DNA of 64,000 nt, from contig NC_079239.1 of NCBI RefSeq assembly GCF_027921745.1, positions 1,984,001-2,048,000 of the forward strand, given 5' to 3'. This document shows, in pieces, positions 26,278-36,568 of the stretch. Below the pieces are notes generated by a model, which saw nothing but the letters and a program-made list of their open reading frames with translations, did not search any database and was not told the DNA's origin. Positions within the stretch are counted from its first letter, which is position 1; each line of letters opens with the position of its first letter. The position numbers and the translations under genes are program-made. This DNA comes from Schizosaccharomyces osmophilus. Lineage: Eukaryota.

Positions 26278-28089
26278 ATGTTGATCACTGTTCGTGGTGA
26301 ACTAGTAGAGATACCTTCTCTCACAGATATAAAGCAATCGACAAAAGGAATTGTTCGCGAAGGATGGGTAATGATAAAGGAAGAAAAAATGAAGTACCTT
26401 CCATGGACGAAGAAATGGCTTGTTTTATCGCATAATTCGATTTCCTTATATAAAAGCAACAAATCAGATACGGCGCAATTGACAATTCTTTTAAAGGACA
26501 TCGAGAAAGTCGAGCGTTCTAAATCTCGGACGTTTTGTTTTCGAGTGAAATTGAAAATCCGCCAATCCACATCAGTTTTACAGGCTCTTGAAATTTCAGT
26601 CTCCCACAATATGGATTGCTATGAGTGGATGGATGCCATTTCAGCTAGAAGTTTGTCCAACAAAGTTTCAGGACCCATGGATCCTAAACATGAAATACAT
26701 GTAGGAGTTGATGACCAGGGTAAATACGTAGGACTTCCAAAAGAATGGTCTGTCGTGCTCAAAAGCGACTCGATCTGTACCAAGGATTTCCTTAAGAAGC
26801 CCAAATCAGCCATTCAGACATCCAATCATTCCAGCGGAGAATATTGCTATCAAAGAGATTACATTGAATTTGGAAATCAGGTAAAATTGAAAGCTTCCAT
26901 TATCAGATATAGCCCACCTGTGTTTTCCCCCTCAGCTATGTCGAATGAGGCATCTATTCACAATTCTGATTGTACAACCACAACCTCTTCGTATGATGAC
27001 GATGAAGATCAATTGACATTAAATCTTGAGTACAAAAAGAAAAATAACAAAGATTCTTCAGAACCTTCTCAAAGCAGTTCTTCCAATGACTCAAGTGTTA
27101 TGGATCTTTCCTTCAGCGAAAAACTACAGCCCGCTCGTTCCATCCGTGACAAAAATGGTGAAACCTCTAATGTGAAGCTAACAGAGAAACAAGTGATGGA
27201 AGTCCTTAAAAATTCCATTACATCTAAGGATCCTAGCACTATTTATTCTGTAAAGCACAAACTTGGCCAGGGTGCTTCTGGATCCGTGTATCTGGCCAAG
27301 GTAAAAGCAGGGAATGAATTATACAATAATGGACTAGTAGCCATTAAAAGTATTGATTTTCATTTTCAGAGTCGAAAAGAGCTGCTCTTGAACGAAATTA
27401 CTGTAATGCGCGAATCGTTTCATCCAAACATAGTAAGCTTCCTTGATGCTTTTCTAATTAAAGACAGGCATCTGTGGGTTGTTATGGAGTACATGGATGC
27501 TGGTTCCCTAACAGATATTATCCAGCAGCACAAACTTAACGAAGAGCAAGTTGCTCGAATATGCCTAGAAACGTGTAAAGGCATCCAACATTTGCATGCA
27601 CGCAATGTGATCCATAGGGACATCAAAAGCGATAATGTGCTTTTAGATAAACAAGGAAAAATAAAAATAACGGACTTTGGATTTTGTGCACGGCTCATGG
27701 ATCGCTCACATAAGCGTGTAACTATGGTCGGGACGCCGTACTGGATGGCTCCTGAAATAATTAAACAGCAAAAATATGGAACAAAGGTCGACATATGGAG
27801 TCTTGGGATAATGATTATTGAAATGCTTGAAAACGAACCTCCCTACCTTCGAGAAGACCCCATGAAAGCATTGTACATGATCGCAAAAACAGGAACTCCT
27901 TCCCTTAAAAATCCTGAATTTGTATCTAAAGAATTACATTCTTTTTTAAACTCATGTTTGAATACCGACACAATCTTTAGAGCAACCGCCGCTGAACTAT
28001 TAAACCACTCCTTCCTTCAACGAGCATGTTCACCTAAGAGCTTAATCCCTTTAATTTCAACTGACGTTGTCAAACCCCGTAATCATTAA
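26278..28089 (+). CDS. shk2: PAK/Cla4-type kinase (PH + CRIB + kinase), 603 aa
   Basis: N-terminal PH domain (REGWVMIK..WTKKWLVL), CRIB (VSGPMDPKHEIHVG) and kinase motifs GQGASG, VAIK, HRDIKSDN, DFG and TMVGTPYWMAPE. Confidence 0.93.
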   Translation: MLITVRGELVEIPSLTDIKQSTKGIVREGWVMIKEEKMKYLPWTKKWLVLSHNSISLYKSNKSDTAQLTILLKDIEKVERSKSRTFCFRVKLKIRQSTSVLQALEISVSHNMDCYEWMDAISARSLSNKVSGPMDPKHEIHVGVDDQGKYVGLPKEWSVVLKSDSICTKDFLKKPKSAIQTSNHSSGEYCYQRDYIEFGNQVKLKASIIRYSPPVFSPSAMSNEASIHNSDCTTTTSSYDDDEDQLTLNLEYKKKNNKDSSEPSQSSSSNDSSVMDLSFSEKLQPARSIRDKNGETSNVKLTEKQVMEVLKNSITSKDPSTIYSVKHKLGQGASGSVYLAKVKAGNELYNNGLVAIKSIDFHFQSRKELLLNEITVMRESFHPNIVSFLDAFLIKDRHLWVVMEYMDAGSLTDIIQQHKLNEEQVARICLETCKGIQHLHARNVIHRDIKSDNVLLDKQGKIKITDFGFCARLMDRSHKRVTMVGTPYWMAPEIIKQQKYGTKVDIWSLGIMIIEMLENEPPYLREDPMKALYMIAKTGTPSLKNPEFVSKELHSFLNSCLNTDTIFRATAAELLNHSFLQRACSPKSLIPLISTDVVKPRNH

Positions 28090-28259
28090 GTTTTATGATT
28101 GTTCTTTATGAAAATCTAAATATATTTAATTTATAAGCTTAATTTACAGAGTATTTTCTTGTACTTCTTTGCTTTTTGTGCCCTTTTACCTTGAGACCCT
28201 CATTTGCTACTCAGGGTTTTCACAATTTAATTTAATCTTATTTGTTTTGTTCTTTATTT

Positions 28260-29717
28260 ATGATAAAATTTACCAGCATCCTTTTCCTTTTCCCAGTGTT
28301 CGTCTTTCTTTTAGCGACTAAAATTGCAGCTATTACCTACAATCCTTTGACTCTCAATGGCACGGCTGTAGGGAACATAGAAGACCAAAGTGTAGTTTAT
28401 TACAACATTTCTTGGTCAGAGGGACAAGCTAAGACCATCAATTTGACGTTATCAACATGCTCTACATTTGAAGGATCTAGCAATTTAATACTCTATGCCT
28501 CCAACTATTCCTTTGACAATTCCCTTGCTTTAGGGAATTACTCTTATTCCTCAGTGGATGCCGGACTGGCTTCCTTGTCGATAACTGGATATTCACCAAT
28601 GTTTATTGCGGTTTCCAGCAGTGATTCTCAATATAGTCAAAGTTACATCGGCGGCAATCATGATAAGACTTCCAATAGTGCATATCAAACAGAATATGAG
28701 CTGTCTGCTGGCAATAATTTTACTTTTACCCAGTACAATGAAACAAAGTTTTTGTTCGCCCAAGATACAGATTTTCAAGCAGCTTTACTAATCACTGGTA
28801 ATCTTACTACAAATGATACGTCTGTAATTCCAAATTATCAAATTTACGTTAATCCAACGGACTCAGCTTTTGATAAACAAATCGGACAACTATCGAGATC
28901 TTTCTGTGCTTACCGAGGCAATCCATCTACCCTTAACATAAACAATGCAGATTTGTCGATGACGGTACGTGGTTTAGGTCCCTTTGCCAAGGAACAGTTT
29001 TATTTGAAAGGATTATCGCCAAACACTTCGTATACCGCATATGTGGTCAAGCCCAATATCGACGCATATGGCGGTACTACCTATCCTCCTATAACTTTTA
29101 CGACAAACGTTGGAACAACATGTCAATTGATCTATGATTTGGAGTTTTGTTCTGAAGTAGCTTATTCCGTTCCCGGGAACGCTGCAGCCTATTCAGCTTT
29201 ATCATTAGCTTCATGGTACAACCAGCAAGCGTATGGCTATTACCAAAACTTCACATATACGTTGGATCAATACCCTTGTAATGCAACTGCGCTTTCCATT
29301 TATTCTCTGTTCCGTAATTGCAGTGACTGCCTGCAGAGTTACAGAAATTGGTTATGTGCTGCCGTCATCCCCCGCTGTGCAGATATAACGGATAACAGCA
29401 CTTTCCTTGTTTATAGGAACAATAACTCAAGATATCCGTTAATAGACGAAGTCGTTCGGCCCGGCCCATATAAAGAGGTCCTTCCGTGCGCTCATCTTTG
29501 CTACACGTTAGCTTCAAGTTGCCCTGTGGATTTAGGATTTTCTTGTCCCAGGAGTGGATTTGGATTAGAAGAGTCATATGGTGAGATTAGCAATGCGACG
29601 GGTGTAATCGCTTGCAATGCACCTGGAGTAGAATTTTATGAAAGCGTCGCAAGCTTTTTACAAATACCTTGGTTGTCCTTTATAATCCTTTTTTTAATTT
29701 GGTGTTTGGTCCTTTAA
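28260..29717 (+). CDS. yam8: Mid1-family stretch-activated Ca2+ channel subunit (Yam8/Ehs1)
   Basis: Signal peptide from ATG 28260, many N-glycosylation sequons, the Mid1 Cys-rich domain (CQLIYDLEFCSEVAYSVP, CSDCLQSYRNWLCAAVIPRC, YKEVLPC) and a hydrophobic C-terminus. Confidence 0.9.
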   Translation: MIKFTSILFLFPVFVFLLATKIAAITYNPLTLNGTAVGNIEDQSVVYYNISWSEGQAKTINLTLSTCSTFEGSSNLILYASNYSFDNSLALGNYSYSSVDAGLASLSITGYSPMFIAVSSSDSQYSQSYIGGNHDKTSNSAYQTEYELSAGNNFTFTQYNETKFLFAQDTDFQAALLITGNLTTNDTSVIPNYQIYVNPTDSAFDKQIGQLSRSFCAYRGNPSTLNINNADLSMTVRGLGPFAKEQFYLKGLSPNTSYTAYVVKPNIDAYGGTTYPPITFTTNVGTTCQLIYDLEFCSEVAYSVPGNAAAYSALSLASWYNQQAYGYYQNFTYTLDQYPCNATALSIYSLFRNCSDCLQSYRNWLCAAVIPRCADITDNSTFLVYRNNNSRYPLIDEVVRPGPYKEVLPCAHLCYTLASSCPVDLGFSCPRSGFGLEESYGEISNATGVIACNAPGVEFYESVASFLQIPWLSFIILFLIWCLVL

Positions 29718-30527
29718 TGTCGCTCTAAATATATTTCTGTTTTAATTTTAGTTCGACTAATGAAAAGGATTTTGATGAGTTGAAGTTGATGTTACGTTTG
29801 TGTTTTTAACAATCTACATTATGTAGGTATTTATTTTGGATCAAGTTGCAACAAGCAATAAAAATGTGAATATTTACACTACCAGCCTTCAAGCATAAGA
29901 GGTAAAGAAAATAACATACAAGTAATGCCGTTCTACCATTAATGGAGCGAGAGAGAGAGTAAACGTTTTACGAGCATTTAATATCAGTCAAGTTACTTGT
30001 ATTCAAATAGAGTCGGCTGCTTTCAAGACTCATTATAAGCTTGAAGAGCCACATATTATTACAAAGCACAAACGTGTCTGTTTTACTTCTTGTAAAAGCA
30101 ATGTCGAGCACAAGCACTCAGCTCCCATATTGAAGAAAGCTTTGCATAGTACTTCGTCAATTGTTGATAAAGAAAGACTTCAGCCGTTAAAAAGGTTTAT
30201 AGATAAAATTTCGTTTATATTTTTTCCTTTCTTGAAACCGTACATAAACATGAACTAGCCATACTCTTATTTTGTATAACCTTTGTACTTACTGTAAGAC
30301 ATTCGTCGGTTACCCAGCGTCTGGACATTAAACTTCCTTGGTCGTTGATAACCATCATCTATTAATTGTATTCATTATATTTCAAAATTTTTGTGTTTTG
30401 GAATTCTTTGTATGTACGAAATAAAGTGACAGGTCTCCAAGTCTTCAAAGGAAAAACACCTGATCTTTAAATTCGACCACCTGCTTTATTTCCCTATGAG
30501 CATTGCAATTTCTACCAGCCTATAAAT

Positions 30528-31991
30528 ATGAAAGTTGCAATTTGTGGAGGTGGAATTGCTGGATTGAGTACTGCATTCTATTTATCGAGGTTGATTCCAA
30601 CATGTCAAATTGATTTATATGAGCGAGACTCAAGATTAGGAGGTTGGCTTCAATCTGTCAAGATACCAACTTCAACCTCTCCTACAGGAAATGTGTTATT
30701 CGAACAAGGACCGAGGACTCTACGCCCTTCTGGCTTGGCTGGTTTGGCAACAGTGGATTTATTAAAGCAATTGAAGATGGAAAAAGGTATCAAACCAATA
30801 CTAAAAGATTCACCAAGTGCAAAAAATAAATATATATATTATCCAAACAGGCTGAATGCCGTTCCATCTAGTGGATTTCAGGCTCTTAAATCTGTTATGC
30901 AACCTGCTCTTCGAGCAGTACCATTTGCTCTTTTGCGAGATCTGTTTCAAAAAAAGAAAATTGATAATGAAGATGAAAGTATAGGATCTTTTATGGAAAG
31001 GCGATTTGGGAAAATGTTTACTCACCGATTAATGAGTTCATTAATTAATGGAATATATGCTGGCGACTTACATTCTCTTTCTCTACAATCTACTATGTTT
31101 GGTTTTTTAGCAGATGTCGAAAGGAAATATAGAAGCGTTATTTTAGGAATGGTCTTAGCCTCGATTCGTGGAGAACTGTTGACTGAAAACCAAAAACTAT
31201 TAAGGACATCTTTACTGAAGAATGAAGATACTAAAGAACTTTTCAAATCTCTACAATCTTCTTCAATGATATCCCTTGAAAATGGAATCGAAAGCATAGT
31301 CTCGCACTTGAATGCCTTTTTCGATGCTTCTTCAAATGTGAAAGTTCGTTTCAACCAACCAGTTACAAGATTAGCGCTGTCCGCTTCAAATGAGAAAGTT
31401 GAAGTTAACAATTGCCAGTATGATTACTCAGTCTTCGCTATGCCCTCAAATCAATTATCAGAGTTATTGCCTTCCCCTGCTATGAGCACTCCAACTAGTA
31501 GTGTTTACGTTGTAAACTTATTTTACCAGGACGCCTCTGTACTAAACTATAAAGGATTTGGGTATTTAGCACCTCTTCGTTTACCAAATAACCCGAACCA
31601 TATATTAGGTGTTGTCTTTGACAGTGAACAAAATAATCCTGAACAGGGGACAAAACTTACCGTTATGATGGGGGGCTCTAACTATGCTTACGACCCAAAA
31701 TCTATTCCAACAACACCAGAAAAAGCCATCAGTTATGCAAAAGAAGCTGTAAAGCAGTCCTTAAGCATACATGCATCCCCGGACGTTGCGAATGCAACTT
31801 TACAACGGAACTGTATTCCCCAATACATGGTAGGCCATCAACATCAGTTGGACAAAGTTCAATCATGGATCGACGACAATCTCCGGGGGCGACTTTATCT
31901 TACTGGAAGCTGGTACAATGGAGTTAGTATAGGAGATTGCATTTTAAACGGTTATAAAACAGCACAAGAAATTGCCCTTAAAGGACAATAA
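30528..31991 (+). CDS. hem14: Protoporphyrinogen oxidase, 487 aa
   Basis: FAD-binding GGGIAGLS, RLGGWLQS, FEQGPRTLRP, GIYAGD, GFGYL, CIPQYMVGH and GVSIGDCI. Confidence 0.95.
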   Translation: MKVAICGGGIAGLSTAFYLSRLIPTCQIDLYERDSRLGGWLQSVKIPTSTSPTGNVLFEQGPRTLRPSGLAGLATVDLLKQLKMEKGIKPILKDSPSAKNKYIYYPNRLNAVPSSGFQALKSVMQPALRAVPFALLRDLFQKKKIDNEDESIGSFMERRFGKMFTHRLMSSLINGIYAGDLHSLSLQSTMFGFLADVERKYRSVILGMVLASIRGELLTENQKLLRTSLLKNEDTKELFKSLQSSSMISLENGIESIVSHLNAFFDASSNVKVRFNQPVTRLALSASNEKVEVNNCQYDYSVFAMPSNQLSELLPSPAMSTPTSSVYVVNLFYQDASVLNYKGFGYLAPLRLPNNPNHILGVVFDSEQNNPEQGTKLTVMMGGSNYAYDPKSIPTTPEKAISYAKEAVKQSLSIHASPDVANATLQRNCIPQYMVGHQHQLDKVQSWIDDNLRGRLYLTGSWYNGVSIGDCILNGYKTAQEIALKGQ

Positions 31992-32191
31992 ATTTTTCAG
32001 TTTACGTTCTGGTTTGATTAAAGACTATCCCTACAGTATTAAAAATTTGGCTATTAATCAACATCTCATAAAGACAATCAAATTCATATATATAATCTAG
32101 CTTTTATATGATCATGAGCCAGCTAAACTGACTTCGTCTAGTAAACGGATTATCTCAGTTATATTGTTTTTTTTTTATAAATAAAACAAGG

Positions 32192-34747
32192 TTAAAGTTC
32201 GTCCTCAAAGTCATTGTCATTGTCAGCTGTAGAAGTAGATGTACCAGCGGTCGATTCAAAAGCTGCTGTGGATGTTGGCTCCGAATGGCTCTCAGTAAAA
32301 CCCTCGGAGGGCTTTGCGGTCTCTTGATCGGCTTTCTCAGAGGTGGAAGTTGCCTCGGATGAAGAAGAGGGTGCTTTAGTTTTAGGCTTTAACTTTGGAT
32401 GTTGAAGTGAACGGCGAAGATATTCATATAATAGGTTTTGAAGCTTTTTAGTCTTAGAATCCATTTCTGAAGTAATCATAACAGGGTCTTCGTATTTAGC
32501 TCTTGAGACATGCTTTTCCAAGTTATCATTGAGCCAAGCAGTAACATTATCGTACTCTTCACTTAACTTTTTGTAAGAAGCATTACGGATGGAAGTAACC
32601 CTCTTCACATCTTTTTCGTCGTATTCCGTTAACGGATACGGAGGGACATCAAAGCTAGACAACAGAGATTCTGCTTTTTCCACGGTCGAATTTAGACTTT
32701 CAAGGCTAAAATTAAACTTGTGACTCTCATCTTGACGATAAGATATGGAATAGATGATATCGGCAAGCTTCTTTTGCTTAGCCACAATTATGTTAGTTTC
32801 GGCGGTTGGTCCATCTTGAAGTAACCAATCAATATCTTCAACAGCTATTTGTTTCAAAGTCTTTGATTCTTCGGGATTAGCATAAGTTAACACTTCATCA
32901 TCATCAGACAAACTTTGAGCTCTATAGAGCAAGCTTTCATATTCATTAAGGGCACTTTCATGTAAAGCCTTGCTTTTGTCCTTCAAAGAACGAAGCGCAA
33001 GTCTGTCCGAGAACAGTTGAAGAGAATCTTCAGACAGTTTTCTATAACGTCTGTAAGTGAAATCGAGACTTTGAAGCTCCAATGCTTCCTCATTTAACTT
33101 TCCAGGTTGATTATTACTGAAGAGACTTTTAACTTTTCCTCCAATGCCAGATGCTGAAGCCGACTTCTGCTCGCATGCAACATATGAACGGACAGGAATA
33201 AACGTTCCCTTCAAAGGATCAGAAGAGAACTCAAACAGAACTTGCTTTTCGGAGCAAGAATCAGCTTGTTTCAATGCTTCGGTTAAGTTGTTGATGCTGA
33301 TTTCTCCAATAAGAGTACCGCCATTAGAAACTGGTAAGGAAGGATGCGCTCCTAAATCGGTAGTATTTATAGCAACTATATGCGAAGAGCCAAATAGGGT
33401 GGATTCAGGTAAAGCAACTAACGGATGCATATTGGTTAAAGTAAGTGAGTAGAAATTGTAAACTGCTCCTTGAACAATAACAGGTTTCACACGGAAACTG
33501 CTAGTCAAGCTAGCACCATAAAAGGCAGCGCCTTTCACAGAGGCCTCATCAGCATTCACCTTTTTAGAAACCTTATCACTCTTGACATAATCATCTATAG
33601 CAGCTTGAATAAAAGGAACACGTGATGTTCCTCCATGAAGAATAACGGAATCCAGTGTTTCAAGTGATACATTGCCTTTCAAAAGAGTTTCCTTGATTAG
33701 CAAAACAGCAGAGGTAGCTAAGTCCTGACATAAAGATTCAAAAACCGAGCGAGTGATTTTTAGGCGAAAATCTATTCCTTCAGCTAATTCTTCTATTGAA
33801 GCATAAGCTTCAGAATTTGCAGATAAGACATGTTTGACTCGCAAAGCTTCTTTCTCTAGACGGGCAAGAGCTCGATTGTTATGGGACAAGTCGATATTAT
33901 GCTTCTGCTGGAATGCATCCTTCATAAAGTTCACGATTCTTCGATTAAGCTCATTTCCAGTTAAATCCAGGGTCGTGGAGCTAGCCAATGATCGGATACG
34001 AGTAATATTTTTGCCTTTGCCTGAGGTCCCCTTTGGAACAGCATCTATAGCAACCAAGGTAGCAGAGATTGAACCGGATCCAGCATCATAAATGATATGA
34101 TGAGCAGGTTCTTCAGAGAAGGATCGAGAAAGAGAATATTCAAGAGCCACTGATAAACCATCATCAATTAAAGCCAAGACGTCTTTGTTTAGTAAACGTG
34201 CAGCGTCAAGTAAAACGAACCGTTGAAGTTCATTGAAATGTGGAGGGACGGTCAGAACCAAATCATTAATAGGTTCTTGAGCCATTTCCTCAGCCAAGTT
34301 AATATAATGTTCCATAGTCATTGCAATAATTTCCTCTAAGGTATAAGAGTCTGAATCCGAAACGACAAAAGATACTCCAGACACCGATTCTTCATTTTCC
34401 TGAAGCTGTAAGGCAGGGTTATTCCCTAAATACTTTTGAACCAACTTTGAATTGAGTCCCGAAACGTCCAATAATTCTTTAACATTCCGTATAGAGTGAG
34501 AAGGTAAACGAGTTGCCAAATTAGCAGCGTCAACACCAAAAAGTCTTTCATCACCTTTGAAAGCAACGGCACTTTGTTCTTTACGACGAGTATCTCTAGT
34601 CAATACAAGCTCCAGAGGTATACCAGCTTTGATTAAAGCTGCTTTCGTCCATTCGGTACCATAATCAATAGCCAATATTGGTGCAGAAACTACAGGCCAT
34701 GCAAATGAAAGAAAGCCTATAGCAAACAAAAGCCATGAAAACCTCAT
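32192..34747 (-). CDS. lsh1: ER Hsp70-family nucleotide exchange factor (Lhs1/Grp170)
   Basis: Signal peptide from ATG 34747 (MRFSWLLFAIG..), LAIDYGTEW, YDAGSG, GGTSRVP, NADEA and C-terminal EDEL ER-retention signal. Confidence 0.92.
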   Translation of the reverse strand: MRFSWLLFAIGFLSFAWPVVSAPILAIDYGTEWTKAALIKAGIPLELVLTRDTRRKEQSAVAFKGDERLFGVDAANLATRLPSHSIRNVKELLDVSGLNSKLVQKYLGNNPALQLQENEESVSGVSFVVSDSDSYTLEEIIAMTMEHYINLAEEMAQEPINDLVLTVPPHFNELQRFVLLDAARLLNKDVLALIDDGLSVALEYSLSRSFSEEPAHHIIYDAGSGSISATLVAIDAVPKGTSGKGKNITRIRSLASSTTLDLTGNELNRRIVNFMKDAFQQKHNIDLSHNNRALARLEKEALRVKHVLSANSEAYASIEELAEGIDFRLKITRSVFESLCQDLATSAVLLIKETLLKGNVSLETLDSVILHGGTSRVPFIQAAIDDYVKSDKVSKKVNADEASVKGAAFYGASLTSSFRVKPVIVQGAVYNFYSLTLTNMHPLVALPESTLFGSSHIVAINTTDLGAHPSLPVSNGGTLIGEISINNLTEALKQADSCSEKQVLFEFSSDPLKGTFIPVRSYVACEQKSASASGIGGKVKSLFSNNQPGKLNEEALELQSLDFTYRRYRKLSEDSLQLFSDRLALRSLKDKSKALHESALNEYESLLYRAQSLSDDDEVLTYANPEESKTLKQIAVEDIDWLLQDGPTAETNIIVAKQKKLADIIYSISYRQDESHKFNFSLESLNSTVEKAESLLSSFDVPPYPLTEYDEKDVKRVTSIRNASYKKLSEEYDNVTAWLNDNLEKHVSRAKYEDPVMITSEMDSKTKKLQNLLYEYLRRSLQHPKLKPKTKAPSSSSEATSTSEKADQETAKPSEGFTESHSEPTSTAAFESTAGTSTSTADNDNDFEDEL

Positions 34748-35363
34748 TACAGCCTCAAAAGAAATTGCCTGTGAATGGAAGAAGTTGAAGGTATTCACCT
34801 AGTTCTATGTAACATGTTGTTGTGTTTCTATTAAAAAGGTTTATAATATGATATTGATAATATCGTAGAAAAGAGGACTGTGCTGAAGAATCCTTCTAAC
34901 AAGCAGTATTTAAATTGTTTCTTTCCTTTTAACAAACAAAAGAAGAAATTGAGTCATGTTAGAAGCCAAAGCTACTGTCAGGCTTGCTCATGTAAGCTAA
35001 GCGCAAAAACGGGAACAATTAGCTCTGTCAAGCTATTGGGAGACTAATTGTAATTTGGATTAGTTCCGTTCACTAAGTGAAGTGATAGCTGGCTTTTCCA
35101 ATGCAATGCAGTTCTTCCATCACTTTTTATTGTATTAATTATTTACAATTGAGACGCATATTATAATATATTCTTTAATACTATATACGCAACGAAAAGC
35201 ACATAATATATTAACTTCCCAGCAACAACTCCCACCTTTACTGAGTCAAGGAAGAAAGAGGATGCTATAGCTACTGAAACATTAAACGTGAGCCAATGTT
35301 TGAATCGACTTGCTTAAAGGAATTCGTTAAATTTTAATCTATCATTTATTTGCTATTTTCGAG

Positions 35364-35828
35364 ATGTGGAGTAAACTTTCGATTTCATCGAAAATTAACC
35401 GGATTCGCGACCCGGAAAGTGATAATTCTATAGAGGACACTCATGTAGCACGAGTGATGAGAAAATACTACCTTGAAAAGACTGGGAATTTACCGGATTG
35501 GCTTCGTCCACCGGGATGGCAGCCTCCAAGTGGAGCTAATACGCCGATGGTACAGGCAGCAAGTAGCGACACAGAAGGTACTACTCCTTCTAATTCGCGT
35601 TCTTCTGTTACTCCAAAACCTGTTTCTCGAGTGTCATCTTCGCCTTCTGTTCCTGCTCCATCAACAAACACACGGAAGCCTCCCATGCAACATTCACATA
35701 GCACATTCGATGATCTATTTGAAGGAGTTGGAAGCTTGCAAAGGTCCCAAACTGGTACAAGTGCAGCTTCATCGAATGCCGCTAGTGGCCTCTTGCGATC
35801 CAAGCTTGAATCTAGGAAAAAGTTATAA
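35364..35828 (+). CDS. mso1: Mso1-family Sec1-binding exocytosis protein, 154 aa
   Basis: N-terminal Mso1 motif EDTHVARVMRKYYLEKTGNLPDWL followed by a low-complexity S/P tail. Recalled synteny. Confidence 0.78.
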   Translation: MWSKLSISSKINRIRDPESDNSIEDTHVARVMRKYYLEKTGNLPDWLRPPGWQPPSGANTPMVQAASSDTEGTTPSNSRSSVTPKPVSRVSSSPSVPAPSTNTRKPPMQHSHSTFDDLFEGVGSLQRSQTGTSAASSNAASGLLRSKLESRKKL

Positions 35829-36568
35829 ATTCATCTTTGTGAAGAAGGTCAAAATATTAACCTTACCGTAATTATTACTACGAATGCGAATTACAAATCC
35901 ATATTCCTCTTTAAGTATTACTTACCCTTGTAATATGGTTCGATACGATTTGGCATACGCTTTTCTGACTTTTTGTACGAATTAAAAAAGGCTCAGTTTT
36001 CATACTCCAGCTAACAAAATTCCTAATGAACACTGCTTTTATGACCATATGATTTGAGAAAGATTAGAATATACTTCTTAATCTTATACTTCATTTTATG
36101 TTACCGGACACCTGTTTGTCTTTTAATGTTTATCCATGACCTTTTTCCTTTTCTTTTGTTCAATATTGTCTTATAGACATCAGCAGTAAAATAGTATTAA
36201 TTGAACGACATTTACAAAAGTTTATAACTTTGCTCAGTAAAACTGTTAAAACTTACGAATATTATAGCGCACTCTTTCATTTACAATGTAGCAGCATATA
36301 TATATTTTTATTTACATTGAGTTCACTTTTGAGTATTTTTTTTGTTTTTTACTTTCTTTCCAGGTATAGTCATCTATCCTTAGATGTGACTAACTCTGTC
36401 TCCCACCCATTTCCTCTGTACTTTTAGTAAACTACGTGTTTCACCTCAAATCGTTCGTTTATTCCTGTAATACATTCTTTTATTTAAATAAAAGGACGCT
36501 GTTCTTTTCATTTCATGAAGTTATATACATAAACAGTTTACAATGCTGCAATCGTTGAGTAAATAGAG

